From the IMG/VR virus record IMGVR_UViG_3300032265_002746: a stretch of 64,000 nucleotides of DNA. One strand, 5' to 3'. The translations under genes were made by a program, and so were the position numbers. Below the pieces are notes generated by a model. The model was not told the DNA's origin. It was given only the letters and a program-made list of their open reading frames with translations, and did no database searches. This DNA is from a virus. Lineage: Duplodnaviria; Heunggongvirae; Uroviricota; Caudoviricetes. Below are positions 9,891 to 19,300 of this stretch, piece after piece (position 1 is the first letter of the stretch; each line of letters opens with the position of its first letter).

Positions 9891-10736
9891 TTACTTGGTT
9901 GCTTTATATTCCTTTAATAATTCAAAATAACTAAGTATATTACTAATATCTGCTTCACTGATATTCTTATTGGCCGGTACTTCTTCTATTAGATTTGATA
10001 CTTCTTGAAGTTTCACTTTACGTACTTGGTCTGGTATTTCCTTTATTATCTTTTTTAGCTCAGTTTTGATAGTCTTAACTTGGGTGTTACAGTACTCCTT
10101 TAAACTGTTTGAAGTAGAGATATTGTTGATATACTCCTTCAAAAGATTTTTTTGGCTTTCGTTTAAATCTTCATACCTATCATTGAACTTGTTTAGGGTC
10201 ATTCTGTAAACAAGTGCCCTTGTGCCTTTATCCGATTTAGCAAATTCCTCTATAAAGCCGCTGTCTTGAGGTTCTCTTTTAGAGGTAATGTGCTCAAGGA
10301 TAGTTCCTTTGCATTTAGCATAGGTATCAATGTCTATGTTGACACTTGAGTGCATCTCTAGTAGACTGTATACTGATGCAAAAACAGTGTAATCATCTAC
10401 CTTTGCTTTAAAAAACTCTTCTAAATTGTAATTCTTTTTTATTTCAGCGATTAAGTTGTACTTATCTCGTTTTAACTTGTCTTTAGGTAACTTCTTATAA
10501 GATTCTAAACAAGCATCAATAAGTACCTCTGCTTTTGCATCTGGAAGATTCCTAGCTTTAGTGATAGTATTGTAGATTTGGTATTCTCTGAATATATCAG
10601 TATTGTTGAAATACTCGCGGAGTATGGCAACTGAACTTGAGTCTTCTTTTTTAGTTAGGGTATCTGTTGTGAACTGTCTCACTAACAATTCAAAAAGAAG
10701 TCCCGTATTACGTAGTTTGTTATGCTTAGATGCCAA
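9891..10736 (-). CDS. Hypothetical protein
   Basis: 281-aa ORF preceded by the conserved upstream box. Confidence 0.55.
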   Translation of the reverse strand: MASKHNKLRNTGLLFELLVRQFTTDTLTKKEDSSSVAILREYFNNTDIFREYQIYNTITKARNLPDAKAEVLIDACLESYKKLPKDKLKRDKYNLIAEIKKNYNLEEFFKAKVDDYTVFASVYSLLEMHSSVNIDIDTYAKCKGTILEHITSKREPQDSGFIEEFAKSDKGTRALVYRMTLNKFNDRYEDLNESQKNLLKEYINNISTSNSLKEYCNTQVKTIKTELKKIIKEIPDQVRKVKLQEVSNLIEEVPANKNISEADISNILSYFELLKEYKATK

Positions 10737-10756
10737 GGCTTTAAAGTTTAGCTATT

Positions 10757-10770
10757 ATTAATAAATATCA
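10757..10770 (+). promoter_or_regulatory. ATTAATAAATATCA box upstream of gene start 10736
   Basis: Recurring motif, see findings. Confidence 0.3.
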
Positions 10771-10771
10771 A

Positions 10772-13735
10772 TTAGTCTTTGTCTAACAAATTACCCTCGT
10801 CTAACATAGATAACTCTTTAGGCTCTCCTCCTTCAAACAGTTGGACTTTCTTTCCAGGTTTAATTTTTTCTAAGTCAGACTTCTTCAACCCTTCATTATA
10901 GATACCCTTTCTAGGATTAGGTCTTAGGCTGTCTTTCTTGTACTTATCTCGCATTTCTTTCTTCCCAAAAGGATCCCTTCCAGCAAAAGAACTGTCTGTG
11001 CCGTAAGAAGAAGCGTGTAATACCGGTCTGCCTATGACTTTTTTCTCATCATATCCATCTGGTACGCTTTCTGGGCCTGAAGCATTGTTTTTGTAAATAG
11101 ATGCTAGGTCATGTGGTGTTCCATAAGATACTCCGGATAAAGCTGGGTCATTACCTTCCTGCTCAATCTGAGTGTATCTGAATTTACGTTTAACATCTTC
11201 AGCTATAAGGTCACGCTCACGATTAATCTGGTCTTCACTCATCTGGAATATGTTATCATAAATCCAGTCTGTTGAGATAAAGTTCTTCTCTTGCATCTGA
11301 TTAGCTAAATCAACTTTTTCTTTCAATAAAGCAATACGTTCTTGCTCATGCAAGATAGAAGGGCGAGCAAGTGTTATGTCAAAATTGGCAAGGTCTGAAT
11401 CCTCATACCCTAATAAGGTAAGGTGTACCTGTGCTATTTTTTGTAGTTGAGATACAGTCAATCTTTGGATATACTCTATTTGGCGAGACCAACTCAAGCT
11501 TAATCCAGATAAGGTAGATTTACCATTTAACTCATCAGAATAGTTCAAATAAGCTTTTGGAATCTTTAAAGCAGAGAACATCTTATTGATGAAGTAATTC
11601 ATATCATCCATACCTGTATACTCCAATCCTTTAGCTGTATCAATTCTGGTTAGGTTGTCACCATTACGGACTGGAATATGGAAATCCTCCAATAGGTTCA
11701 TCATATTGAACTTATAGTTGAATTGTCCGGTTTTGTGGTCGAATAGGGGTGTACGCTTTTGATTGGAAATGTGCTTTTGCATCATGGCATCTACCTCATT
11801 TGGAGGAAGATTACCCACATTATAGTAGAACACCCTCTTTTCGGCAGACTTTGTAACACGATGGGTTACCGCAGCATCCTCCATCATGGTATATGCCTTG
11901 AATAATTTACGTCCAGGTTCAAGCCAGGAGTTATGTACTACTATCCCATTAGCAATAAAGTTGTGATTTTCAGACTCCACGTGTATGTCGTAGGTCAATT
12001 CTTTGTCAGACTCTTCTATGGCTGTAATAGGCTCTAAAATAACGTTTTCAATACCTTCTTGTTTATACTTCTTTGTTTGGATTAATTTCCTACCTTCCAT
12101 ATAAAAGCTCAAAAGGTAAGCTTCACTTTTATTATATATTTTATCTCCAAAAACAACAGTTGTCCTCTCTTTTCTTTTACGTATTTTGCCAGATTTTATT
12201 TTTAATCTTTGCAGTAATACTTTCAAATCCTCTAACATTTCTTTGTTAACAAGCTCAACTGTATACCTGTTACAGCCCCATTCATCTATATTGGTACTAC
12301 CGTCAGCATCTACTAATCCTTCTATAAATGCCAGTTGTACGTTTTCAGGCTGCTCATATATCCAAGATGGAAATCTCTTAGTTTTTGCTTTTCCTGTAAA
12401 TCCGTTATTTTTAAGGATAACATTAAGGGCTTTTGAATGACAGAAAGCTTGAGAGCTTATATTTGTATTTGTTATTTTTTTATTATGCTCACCACATATT
12501 TTTCCTGAATACTTTTGTAATATACCTTTGTACTTTTGATTGATGTCATCATGAACACCTTGTGCAAACGCAACGCAAGATTTAGATAACCACCCATCCC
12601 CTAGCATAAAGCCAAATAATCTTGCAAAGTCTTCTTCGTATGTATTTGGTATGTATTCCAATAACTTTTGCCAGCCATTTTTCTTATTTTCATTAGAAAC
12701 ATCTTTATTGATTTTGCTTTCAATATTAGGTTGTTTAAAAGAATAATTGGTAATAGCTACTAGGTCTTTTATGTTAAGTTCTTGTATCTGTTTGTATTTT
12801 AATACTCCGTCCGAAAATACAAGAATGGGGTGTTCTGCACTGCCTTCTATGAAGTTATTTTTAGTTGAAACTTTGTAGATTTCCTTTTCTCCAGAACACA
12901 CTTGCTTCAATACTTTAGTTAATTCATACTTATCTTCCTTGGTATTGTATGACCAAACCTTATCGCCTTCCTGTATTTTATCAATTGTATTTACTCCAAA
13001 TTCTGTCTCAACGTAGGAGTTACCTTTTAGACATCTGCCATATGGTAAAAAGTTACTATCTTTCATCAGCCTAAAATGTGCTATCTCATAGTTTTCATAA
13101 ATCCTATGATTACGGGATTGATTAATTGAGCTTACACCTCCCATGATTGCTCCTGGGTCTTGTATAAACCTGACATATTCCCCATTATTTGCATCTAAAC
13201 CCTCTTCTCTCACCATTTCATAAGGAGACAAGGATTTTACCCCATAAACTCCGAACTGATCTGAAAGACGTAACAAAAGGAAGAAATCTCCATATTTGCA
13301 AAAGGACCTTATCCACATCGGTAAATTGAATTCAACATTCAATACGTTGTAAAAAAGATTATACAATTCATCCTGGATGTTCTCAGAAGAAGACCTTATA
13401 GATAAGATTTCGTTATTCATTTCATTAACCTGTGTAGCTTCCTCACAAAGGATATCTAAGGCCGGTGCCACTAGGGCATCTAAGTCCATTGCTTCATAGT
13501 CTAGGTATAGTTGTGCCCTTGTTATCTGCATCCCATAGCCTATACCCGGTTCTATCAGGGAGCTATTGGAATATAATCTAGTATATCTATTTGCAAGCGT
13601 GTTTTGTTGTAAGTTTCCGAATGCTTGTATACCATTAAAATCGGATACTTTTAAGTATTTACCTCCTGCTCTTTTGATTATGGTGTCAGTAGTAAACTTC
13701 TGTTTTAATTGTGCAAATAGAGCTTTATTAGCCAT
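10772..13735 (-). CDS. Portal protein (T4 gp20-like) interrupted by an in-frame intein
   Basis: Exteins match gp20: MEDAAVTHRVTKSAEKRVFYYNVGNLPPNEVDAMMQKH parallels T4 [37 protein letters not shown], and RNGDNLTRIDTAKG parallels RDGKAVTEVDTLPG. 987 aa, of which about 368 aa are intein. Confidence 0.85.
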   Translation of the reverse strand: MANKALFAQLKQKFTTDTIIKRAGGKYLKVSDFNGIQAFGNLQQNTLANRYTRLYSNSSLIEPGIGYGMQITRAQLYLDYEAMDLDALVAPALDILCEEATQVNEMNNEILSIRSSSENIQDELYNLFYNVLNVEFNLPMWIRSFCKYGDFFLLLRLSDQFGVYGVKSLSPYEMVREEGLDANNGEYVRFIQDPGAIMGGVSSINQSRNHRIYENYEIAHFRLMKDSNFLPYGRCLKGNSYVETEFGVNTIDKIQEGDKVWSYNTKEDKYELTKVLKQVCSGEKEIYKVSTKNNFIEGSAEHPILVFSDGVLKYKQIQELNIKDLVAITNYSFKQPNIESKINKDVSNENKKNGWQKLLEYIPNTYEEDFARLFGFMLGDGWLSKSCVAFAQGVHDDINQKYKGILQKYSGKICGEHNKKITNTNISSQAFCHSKALNVILKNNGFTGKAKTKRFPSWIYEQPENVQLAFIEGLVDADGSTNIDEWGCNRYTVELVNKEMLEDLKVLLQRLKIKSGKIRKRKERTTVVFGDKIYNKSEAYLLSFYMEGRKLIQTKKYKQEGIENVILEPITAIEESDKELTYDIHVESENHNFIANGIVVHNSWLEPGRKLFKAYTMMEDAAVTHRVTKSAEKRVFYYNVGNLPPNEVDAMMQKHISNQKRTPLFDHKTGQFNYKFNMMNLLEDFHIPVRNGDNLTRIDTAKGLEYTGMDDMNYFINKMFSALKIPKAYLNYSDELNGKSTLSGLSLSWSRQIEYIQRLTVSQLQKIAQVHLTLLGYEDSDLANFDITLARPSILHEQERIALLKEKVDLANQMQEKNFISTDWIYDNIFQMSEDQINRERDLIAEDVKRKFRYTQIEQEGNDPALSGVSYGTPHDLASIYKNNASGPESVPDGYDEKKVIGRPVLHASSYGTDSSFAGRDPFGKKEMRDKYKKDSLRPNPRKGIYNEGLKKSDLEKIKPGKKVQLFEGGEPKELSMLDEGNLLDKD
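11930..13033 (-). mobile_element. Intein with LAGLIDADG homing-endonuclease domain inside the portal gene
   Basis: Starts with Cys in R|CLKGNSYVETEFG, has a block-B-like SAEH, two dodecapeptide motifs LFGFMLGDGWLS and AFIEGLVDADGS, and ends VVHN|S. Residues 235-602 of the ORF. Confidence 0.8.
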
Positions 13736-13755
13736 AGTATGTTCTTTTGTATTGT

Positions 13756-13767
13756 TATAAATATAAT
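13756..13767 (+). promoter_or_regulatory. TTATAAATATAA box, 20 nt upstream of the portal start
   Basis: Recurring motif with an exact TATAAATA on the plus strand. Confidence 0.3.
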
Positions 13768-15408
13768 TTAACTACCAAGTACCCATGAATAATCCTCCAT
13801 TTCTCCTGTTACAGGGTTCGGCATTAGGTAATTACTGGCCTTCCTGTTCATACTACTATGGATAACAGTAGCAGGTGTTGTTGATTTTATAGCTCCCAAT
13901 ACAGCTCTTTGCATGTCTGTGCTATTTGCTGCATATGCCAATGCAGTACCTCTCAGATAAGTGCCTATCGCTAATGGAATCAACAAGTCATCATTAGAAC
14001 CTGATTTAGCTGCAGGTTTTGGGCCTTTCCAAACAAATGCCCTCATTTCCGCATAAGTCCTCTTAGACCTTATTTTTATAGATTTTTCTTCTACAGCAAT
14101 CTTGAATGATTGTAGCATCGGTATTCTGGTAGAGGTTGATGTGGTAAATCCAGGAGTCATTTTGTCCTCATCCATATACTTATTAAGGTATTGACTAACA
14201 TTGGTTGTATCACCCTTGAACGACTTATATACATTTCTGTATCCAGAATCGGTAACGTAACTACAGGTAGTGTTACCTATACCTGTATTTTCAGCTATCA
14301 ATAATGCGCTGTTGTATTCAAGGCAGACTGATACCGCAAAGTTGGCTAGTTCTTTAGGTCCCATGTCTCCCATATATTCACCTATTTGATCACCAGTTAG
14401 CAAATCTACTATCTGAATGGTAGAATAGTCTAGTCCATCGCCCCTAGAGGTATCTAGTATAACTGCACAGTTGGTTACTTCTTCTGGAAATTTCCATATC
14501 CAGAATGCATTGTCCCTTCCCCTCATTTGTACCGGTTCTTCTAGGTTGACTTTTACCCAATCTAAATCTTCTGGTTCAAAGTATGTATTACCAGAACTAA
14601 TCATTTCGGCATCACACTCTTGTTTTGCAAGACGTTTACCAAGCTCTTGGTCTTGTCTATCTCTCCAATCTTGTGTATGCTCTGGGTGAACTCTCCAGTC
14701 TAGCTTTATGGGTAGGTATTCATTGTTACCTAGCTCTGCTTCTGAGTATAAATCTGCGAATTTATTCTCTGTACCTTCTGGAGTTGATAATACTATACAC
14801 TTACCTCCTGTCGCTAGTGTTTGCTGAGCTGCTGCATAAGTCTCCTCTGCGTCTTCCACGAATGCAAACTCATCATAAATAAGAAAAGAGGCTGTCTTAC
14901 CTCTAGCGGAGTTCTTAGCTCCGGATATTACCTCAATCTTTGATCCGTTAGATGATACTACTTTCTTTTGGTTTTCTTCTTTGGTAGTTGAATTGGACAA
15001 TTCAATCATCCATTTAGGTAACTCCTCAAAAGCAAACTTAAATTTATCCATTACGGCTTTAGCCATATTGGTAGTTGGAGCCATACAGAGTATTGAAGAG
15101 TCATTCTTGAATAAGAATAGCCACAATGCATATGCTGAAGCTAGTGTGGTTACACCTAGCTGACGGCTTTTAAGGATAATGATGCGGTCTCTGGTGTGCA
15201 TCAGATGTAAAAGCTTTCTTTGGAAAGGGTATAATTGGAATTTACTTCTACCTCCACTTGTGGTCTGAATCCACACATAGGTTAATATGAAGTATTCAGG
15301 GGATTCCATACACTTCTTAAACTCCGATAAAGCTAATTCTTTCAGGTTTACAGGTCTAACTGCCGGTGTATTAGTTGTTTGTGTCGTTTTCTTAGCTGCT
15401 TTTGTCAA
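13768..15408 (-). CDS. Terminase large subunit (T4 gp17-like)
   Basis: YPFQRKLLHLMH..LKSRQLGVTTLASAYALWLF parallels T4 gp17 YQRDMLKIMHD..NLSRQLGKTTVVAIFLAHF. Walker B LIYDEFAFV. C-terminal nuclease-like region. 546 aa. Confidence 0.85.
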   Translation of the reverse strand: MTKAAKKTTQTTNTPAVRPVNLKELALSEFKKCMESPEYFILTYVWIQTTSGGRSKFQLYPFQRKLLHLMHTRDRIIILKSRQLGVTTLASAYALWLFLFKNDSSILCMAPTTNMAKAVMDKFKFAFEELPKWMIELSNSTTKEENQKKVVSSNGSKIEVISGAKNSARGKTASFLIYDEFAFVEDAEETYAAAQQTLATGGKCIVLSTPEGTENKFADLYSEAELGNNEYLPIKLDWRVHPEHTQDWRDRQDQELGKRLAKQECDAEMISSGNTYFEPEDLDWVKVNLEEPVQMRGRDNAFWIWKFPEEVTNCAVILDTSRGDGLDYSTIQIVDLLTGDQIGEYMGDMGPKELANFAVSVCLEYNSALLIAENTGIGNTTCSYVTDSGYRNVYKSFKGDTTNVSQYLNKYMDEDKMTPGFTTSTSTRIPMLQSFKIAVEEKSIKIRSKRTYAEMRAFVWKGPKPAAKSGSNDDLLIPLAIGTYLRGTALAYAANSTDMQRAVLGAIKSTTPATVIHSSMNRKASNYLMPNPVTGEMEDYSWVLGS

Positions 15409-15550
15409 TTGGTTCTTTTTTCTTTTGGTATTTTTCTCTAGCCTTAGCGTCTATTACGGCTTTGTTCCGTGTATAATAACGCTTGGTGGCTTCGTTTTTA
15501 GCTTCTTTTACCTGCTCTTCCGTTGTATATTTTTTAGTCCTTCCCATTAT

Positions 15551-16309
15551 CTACAATTCAAAATTGTTTATATGTTGAAGGGTTCCGTCCTCAATGTAGT
15601 AGCAAGAATGAGCTTCTACTTTTGCTTTTTCTTTACCTTTCTTAGCTACTTTTTTGTTAAACCACTTTTCAGTCCTTTGATCACTGATATTACTGGATAT
15701 CTCTATGTACTGACCTTCAAATTTTCCTTCACGAGCTGCTGCACACTGTTCAAGAAATTCAGATTTATGGTATAAAGTTGAGGCTGTTACTAAACAGCCT
15801 TTTGGTTTCAACTTGTCTTTTAATCTTTGTTGTGTTTCTTTTAAGGTTGTTACAAAGTCTGCATTCTCTATTATAGCTAGATCTATTTCGTCTTCTGGTA
15901 TTTCTTCAGATGGACCTATTATGTACAGCTTAGAGCCATTCTTTAGCTCAATAAAGAATGGTGTTTGTGATTCTATAAGTGCAAAGATAGGTAATTTATT
16001 GAAAGAATACATTAGTAGGTCAATAAATTCTTTGGCTATTATCTTAGTAACACTTGTTACTACTATTTTTGTGTTCGGTCTGAATACCATCATCCAGGCA
16101 GAGTATGCTGTAAGCATGGTAGTTACACCCACTTTTCTGGCAGAGTTGATGAGTAGTTCACTTGTTTTTGGGATTAATCTAGTGATCTGCCATTGGTATT
16201 TTTTAGGGATTATCAATTCAATCCTGTGGCCATAACTCATCACTTTCCATTCATTTAAAAAGAAGTCTTCAAATGATGATGAACGTTTTTCATAAAGGCT
16301 TTGACTCAT
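15551..16309 (-). CDS. Terminase-ATPase-like paralog (N-terminal ATPase domain only)
   Basis: LINSARKVGVTTMLTAYSAWMMVF and LAIIENADFV parallel the Walker A and B regions of the adjacent terminase. No nuclease domain. 252 aa. Confidence 0.6.
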   Translation of the reverse strand: MSQSLYEKRSSSFEDFFLNEWKVMSYGHRIELIIPKKYQWQITRLIPKTSELLINSARKVGVTTMLTAYSAWMMVFRPNTKIVVTSVTKIIAKEFIDLLMYSFNKLPIFALIESQTPFFIELKNGSKLYIIGPSEEIPEDEIDLAIIENADFVTTLKETQQRLKDKLKPKGCLVTASTLYHKSEFLEQCAAAREGKFEGQYIEISSNISDQRTEKWFNKKVAKKGKEKAKVEAHSCYYIEDGTLQHINNFEL

Positions 16310-16923
16310 AACTTTACTTTCCAGTAGGTTCCTACACCGTACACAATCTTACCTGTTATGTCTACCCCTGCTTTTACCTGGAATAATCTGTCAGATTTGG
16401 TCTTGTAGATAAGTCCGGCCTCTGCTGAATTTACTAATGAAGGAAGGTTACCATTAAGTGCTCCTCCTACATACAGTTGATTCTTAGGTATACAAGGTTC
16501 TTTTATGGTTATGGTGTTGGTAATTGTTGGGTATTTGAAATTTAGTATGTATCCTGCTCCTTTTATTTTATTCTTGAATATGGTATCCATGATGTATACC
16601 TTGGAGCTATCAAATTTGATAGAGTCTTTGTATATGTTCTCTGCTAGGAACATATCTCTTAGTGATTCAAATTGAGTTCTTAGTTTACTGTAGTTTGTGT
16701 CTGGTATGAACAGAGTATCCTTTGATTTAACCACATAAGGAATTGTCTTTGTAATAGTTGGACTTGAGCCTTTTATGGTGTCTCTATGAGCCAACCATTG
16801 GGTGTCTCGTACTATTGTTACGGTTGGTCCTGGTATTGTGGTATTTCCACAACGTTGTAGAAGCATAACAAATAGTAAAACTAAGCATATGATGCTTAAT
16901 AGGTTTTGTTTTATGTAATTCAT
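16306..16923 (-). CDS. Secreted or membrane-anchored hypothetical protein
   Basis: N-terminal hydrophobic signal-like segment LLSIICLVLLFVMLLQRCG. ATGA overlap with the downstream gene. Confidence 0.55.
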   Translation of the reverse strand: MNYIKQNLLSIICLVLLFVMLLQRCGNTTIPGPTVTIVRDTQWLAHRDTIKGSSPTITKTIPYVVKSKDTLFIPDTNYSKLRTQFESLRDMFLAENIYKDSIKFDSSKVYIMDTIFKNKIKGAGYILNFKYPTITNTITIKEPCIPKNQLYVGGALNGNLPSLVNSAEAGLIYKTKSDRLFQVKAGVDITGKIVYGVGTYWKVKL

Positions 16924-16952
16924 AATGTTAGAGATAGGGGGAATTACCCTAT

Positions 16953-16978
16953 ACTAATAAATATCAAGATAAATATCA
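16953..16978 (+). promoter_or_regulatory. ACTAATAAATATCA plus partial second copy AGATAAATATCA upstream of gene start 16923
   Basis: Recurring motif, tandem here. Confidence 0.3.
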
Positions 16979-17033
16979 TTAGACTATTTTCCAGACTTTA
17001 GCTTCTCAGTATAGCCTCTCATAAGAGTATTCT

Positions 17034-17402
17034 CTACTTACCTTTCGAGTTTTGTTCTATCTTATGGAACAAATCTGCAACGTCTTTATCGAATTTTTTA
17101 GCTCCCGGTCCATTCATTATCTTGTAAAATTCAACTTTTACCTCATCTTTGTCGTCTTTACTTTCTAAGTGGTGAAGTAAACCGGTTGTTAATAAGCCTA
17201 AAGTTATAACACCTGTTTTAATATAGAATTTTACCTTATCTTTTAACTTTTCTATAGCCATTTCATCCATAGCTTCATCAACTACTCCCTGAGCATGAGC
17301 TAGATCTATTACTGCCTGAATGGCTTTTTTCTCTTCGGGTGTTTGATTGTCGTAGGATTCTTTTAGAATTTGTCTTAATACATTTGAGTACAAGTCTTTC
17401 AT
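17034..17402 (-). CDS. Hypothetical protein
   Basis: 122-aa ORF. A 30-bp repeat follows its stop. Confidence 0.5.
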   Translation of the reverse strand: MKDLYSNVLRQILKESYDNQTPEEKKAIQAVIDLAHAQGVVDEAMDEMAIEKLKDKVKFYIKTGVITLGLLTTGLLHHLESKDDKDEVKVEFYKIMNGPGAKKFDKDVADLFHKIEQNSKGK

Positions 17403-17407
17403 TTTAT

Positions 17408-17815
17408 TTAAATTTTAGTTTTTAACTTCTCAGTGTAGCCTCTCATAAGAGTATTACCCATTAGATAAGCTTCATCTTCCATTTCTTTTAGGTGTTCGGA
17501 ACCTTTTGTGTAATCATCTGACACACCACCTATCTTATCCTCAGCTAAGTCTCCTCTGTGCCCTTGCAATACATGAATAAACTCATGGGAACAAGTTCTT
17601 AGACAGTCTTTAGGAGAACGGCCATTTGTGAATATGACTACAACGTTTTCTTCAGGATTGTAATATCCTGTTTTATCCAGGATATCGTCTGGGTTATTCT
17701 CATTTGAGAATATGATTTGAGGATAGGGTTTAAGATTAAATCCTTGCTGTCTGAAATAAAGAACAAGTCCTGCTATATGTTGCTTAAGTGATTGGAGTTG
17801 GGATGGTGTCATCAT
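17408..17815 (-). CDS. Putative HExxH zinc metallopeptidase-like protein
   Basis: CSHEFIHVLQGH contains an HExxH motif. 135 aa. Confidence 0.45.
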   Translation of the reverse strand: MMTPSQLQSLKQHIAGLVLYFRQQGFNLKPYPQIIFSNENNPDDILDKTGYYNPEENVVVIFTNGRSPKDCLRTCSHEFIHVLQGHRGDLAEDKIGGVSDDYTKGSEHLKEMEDEAYLMGNTLMRGYTEKLKTKI

Positions 17816-18351
17816 TAGCTTTTTGTTTCTGGTTCTTTTGGATTAGGGCCGGCTGGTACCTCTTCAGTAGGAGTTTCTCCCTTTTCTATTGCTTGTGTTT
17901 CTAAGTCTGGATTCTTGGTGTCTATTGGGTTTTGTCTTAAGGCTATACCTATTTGGTCTAGGCATTGTTCATACTGGGAACCTACTCCTAAATCATATAT
18001 TTTACCTAGAACTCTAGCTCTGAAGTAATCTGATGGAGTGTAGTTCTTAGGGTTGTTTACCATGCTTGGTGTGGGATCATATTTCAAATCCATGTAATTG
18101 GAGTTCTTGAATATGATACGGAAGGTAGTAGGTCTTTTTTGTATGACTTTTATATCAGTAACGATATCTTTTATTTCTTTGTCGGTAATTGGACCAGGTT
18201 CTTTTTGAGATGTAAGAGTACGCATTAGAGTATACCTCAACTTAGGTGATTTAGACAAAACCTTGTCCATATCGGATTCTTCTGCCTCTTGTGATTGTAT
18301 GTCTGCCTCCGCTATATATTTACGGAAATTTTGAAAAGTAAAGTCTGGCAC
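17815..18351 (-). CDS. Hypothetical protein
   Basis: 178-aa ORF, 1-nt overlap with the downstream gene. Confidence 0.5.
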   Translation of the reverse strand: MPDFTFQNFRKYIAEADIQSQEAEESDMDKVLSKSPKLRYTLMRTLTSQKEPGPITDKEIKDIVTDIKVIQKRPTTFRIIFKNSNYMDLKYDPTPSMVNNPKNYTPSDYFRARVLGKIYDLGVGSQYEQCLDQIGIALRQNPIDTKNPDLETQAIEKGETPTEEVPAGPNPKEPETKS

Positions 18352-18355
18352 TATA

Positions 18356-19030
18356 TTAAAATTTTGGTAGTTTTTGGATATCCTTCTGGAGGTAATATAT
18401 TAAGTCCACAAGCTGTTGAATATGGTCTATTTGCTCTTCAGATAGTATATGTTTTTTATTTACCCATACAAGACTTACCATACCTTCGTATACGGTACTC
18501 CCTATCTTGAAGTCATATGACATTGCAATCTGGTATCTCTCCATCATTCTTTTGTCATCTCCGTCTAATTCGTCTGTTTCAATAACTGCGTAACCTTCTT
18601 GTGATTTGTCTACTTTATCTAGGATAGTTCTGAAATAACCTGCCGGTATGTTTTGGAATGTGTCTATAAGTGGTGCTACAATCCCATCTGTTTTCTCTTC
18701 AATCATCGAAACAAAATTCATTGAAAACCCGAAATGTGTTTTAGTTCCGTTATGATATGCATACAAGCAAGCTCTGGAACATTCTGTATAACCTTGTAAT
18801 TGTATTAAGATTTCTTTTATCTTCTTTTGAATGTCGTTATTGTGCTGTAACGACTTGTCTATTTGTTGATTTTTCCTCTCCTCTTCTTTTCTTAGTCTTC
18901 GTCTTGCTACTGATTTCTCTACTGCATCTTTTATATAAACCCCTAGAACTGTGATTATGCTTGTAAATGCTGCTATTATTAAGTTAGTTGAGTTGTACTG
19001 AACTTGGAGGATTATTTCGTTAATCATCAT
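18356..19030 (-). CDS. Hypothetical membrane protein
   Basis: N-terminal TM helix LIIAAFTSIITVLGVYI. 224 aa. Confidence 0.5.
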   Translation of the reverse strand: MMINEIILQVQYNSTNLIIAAFTSIITVLGVYIKDAVEKSVARRRLRKEEERKNQQIDKSLQHNNDIQKKIKEILIQLQGYTECSRACLYAYHNGTKTHFGFSMNFVSMIEEKTDGIVAPLIDTFQNIPAGYFRTILDKVDKSQEGYAVIETDELDGDDKRMMERYQIAMSYDFKIGSTVYEGMVSLVWVNKKHILSEEQIDHIQQLVDLIYYLQKDIQKLPKF

Positions 19031-19033
19031 GAG

Positions 19034-19300
19034 TTATATGTGCAGTTTAGTTACTTTTATTTTAAGGTTATCGGTTCCTTTTATTAATCTATGGAAAATA
19101 TCTCTCTTAATAAATATAGGTTTGTCTATAATGACAGGTAGCTCATCATCTATTTGAAGCTTCCAATCTGTGGTATGTAGTGGTTCAACTATTCGGTCTT
19201 CTCTGTCTCTGTGCCAGACCAGCTCTTCTTCAGGTACTTCTTGGGGAAATTCTCTAATGTAATAGTCTTGTTCTTTCAGTTCGGTAAATGGATATTGCAT
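19034..19300 (-). CDS. Hypothetical protein
   Basis: 88-aa ORF. Confidence 0.45.
   Translation of the reverse strand: MQYPFTELKEQDYYIREFPQEVPEEELVWHRDREDRIVEPLHTTDWKLQIDDELPVIIDKPIFIKRDIFHRLIKGTDNLKIKVTKLHI

Noticed and set aside
9451-10736. Tail sheath or tail tube genes next to the portal, as in T4.
   Set aside because: The two ORFs here (145 and 281 aa) are too small for a sheath and show no recognisable tube or sheath motifs. Those genes are presumably outside this window.
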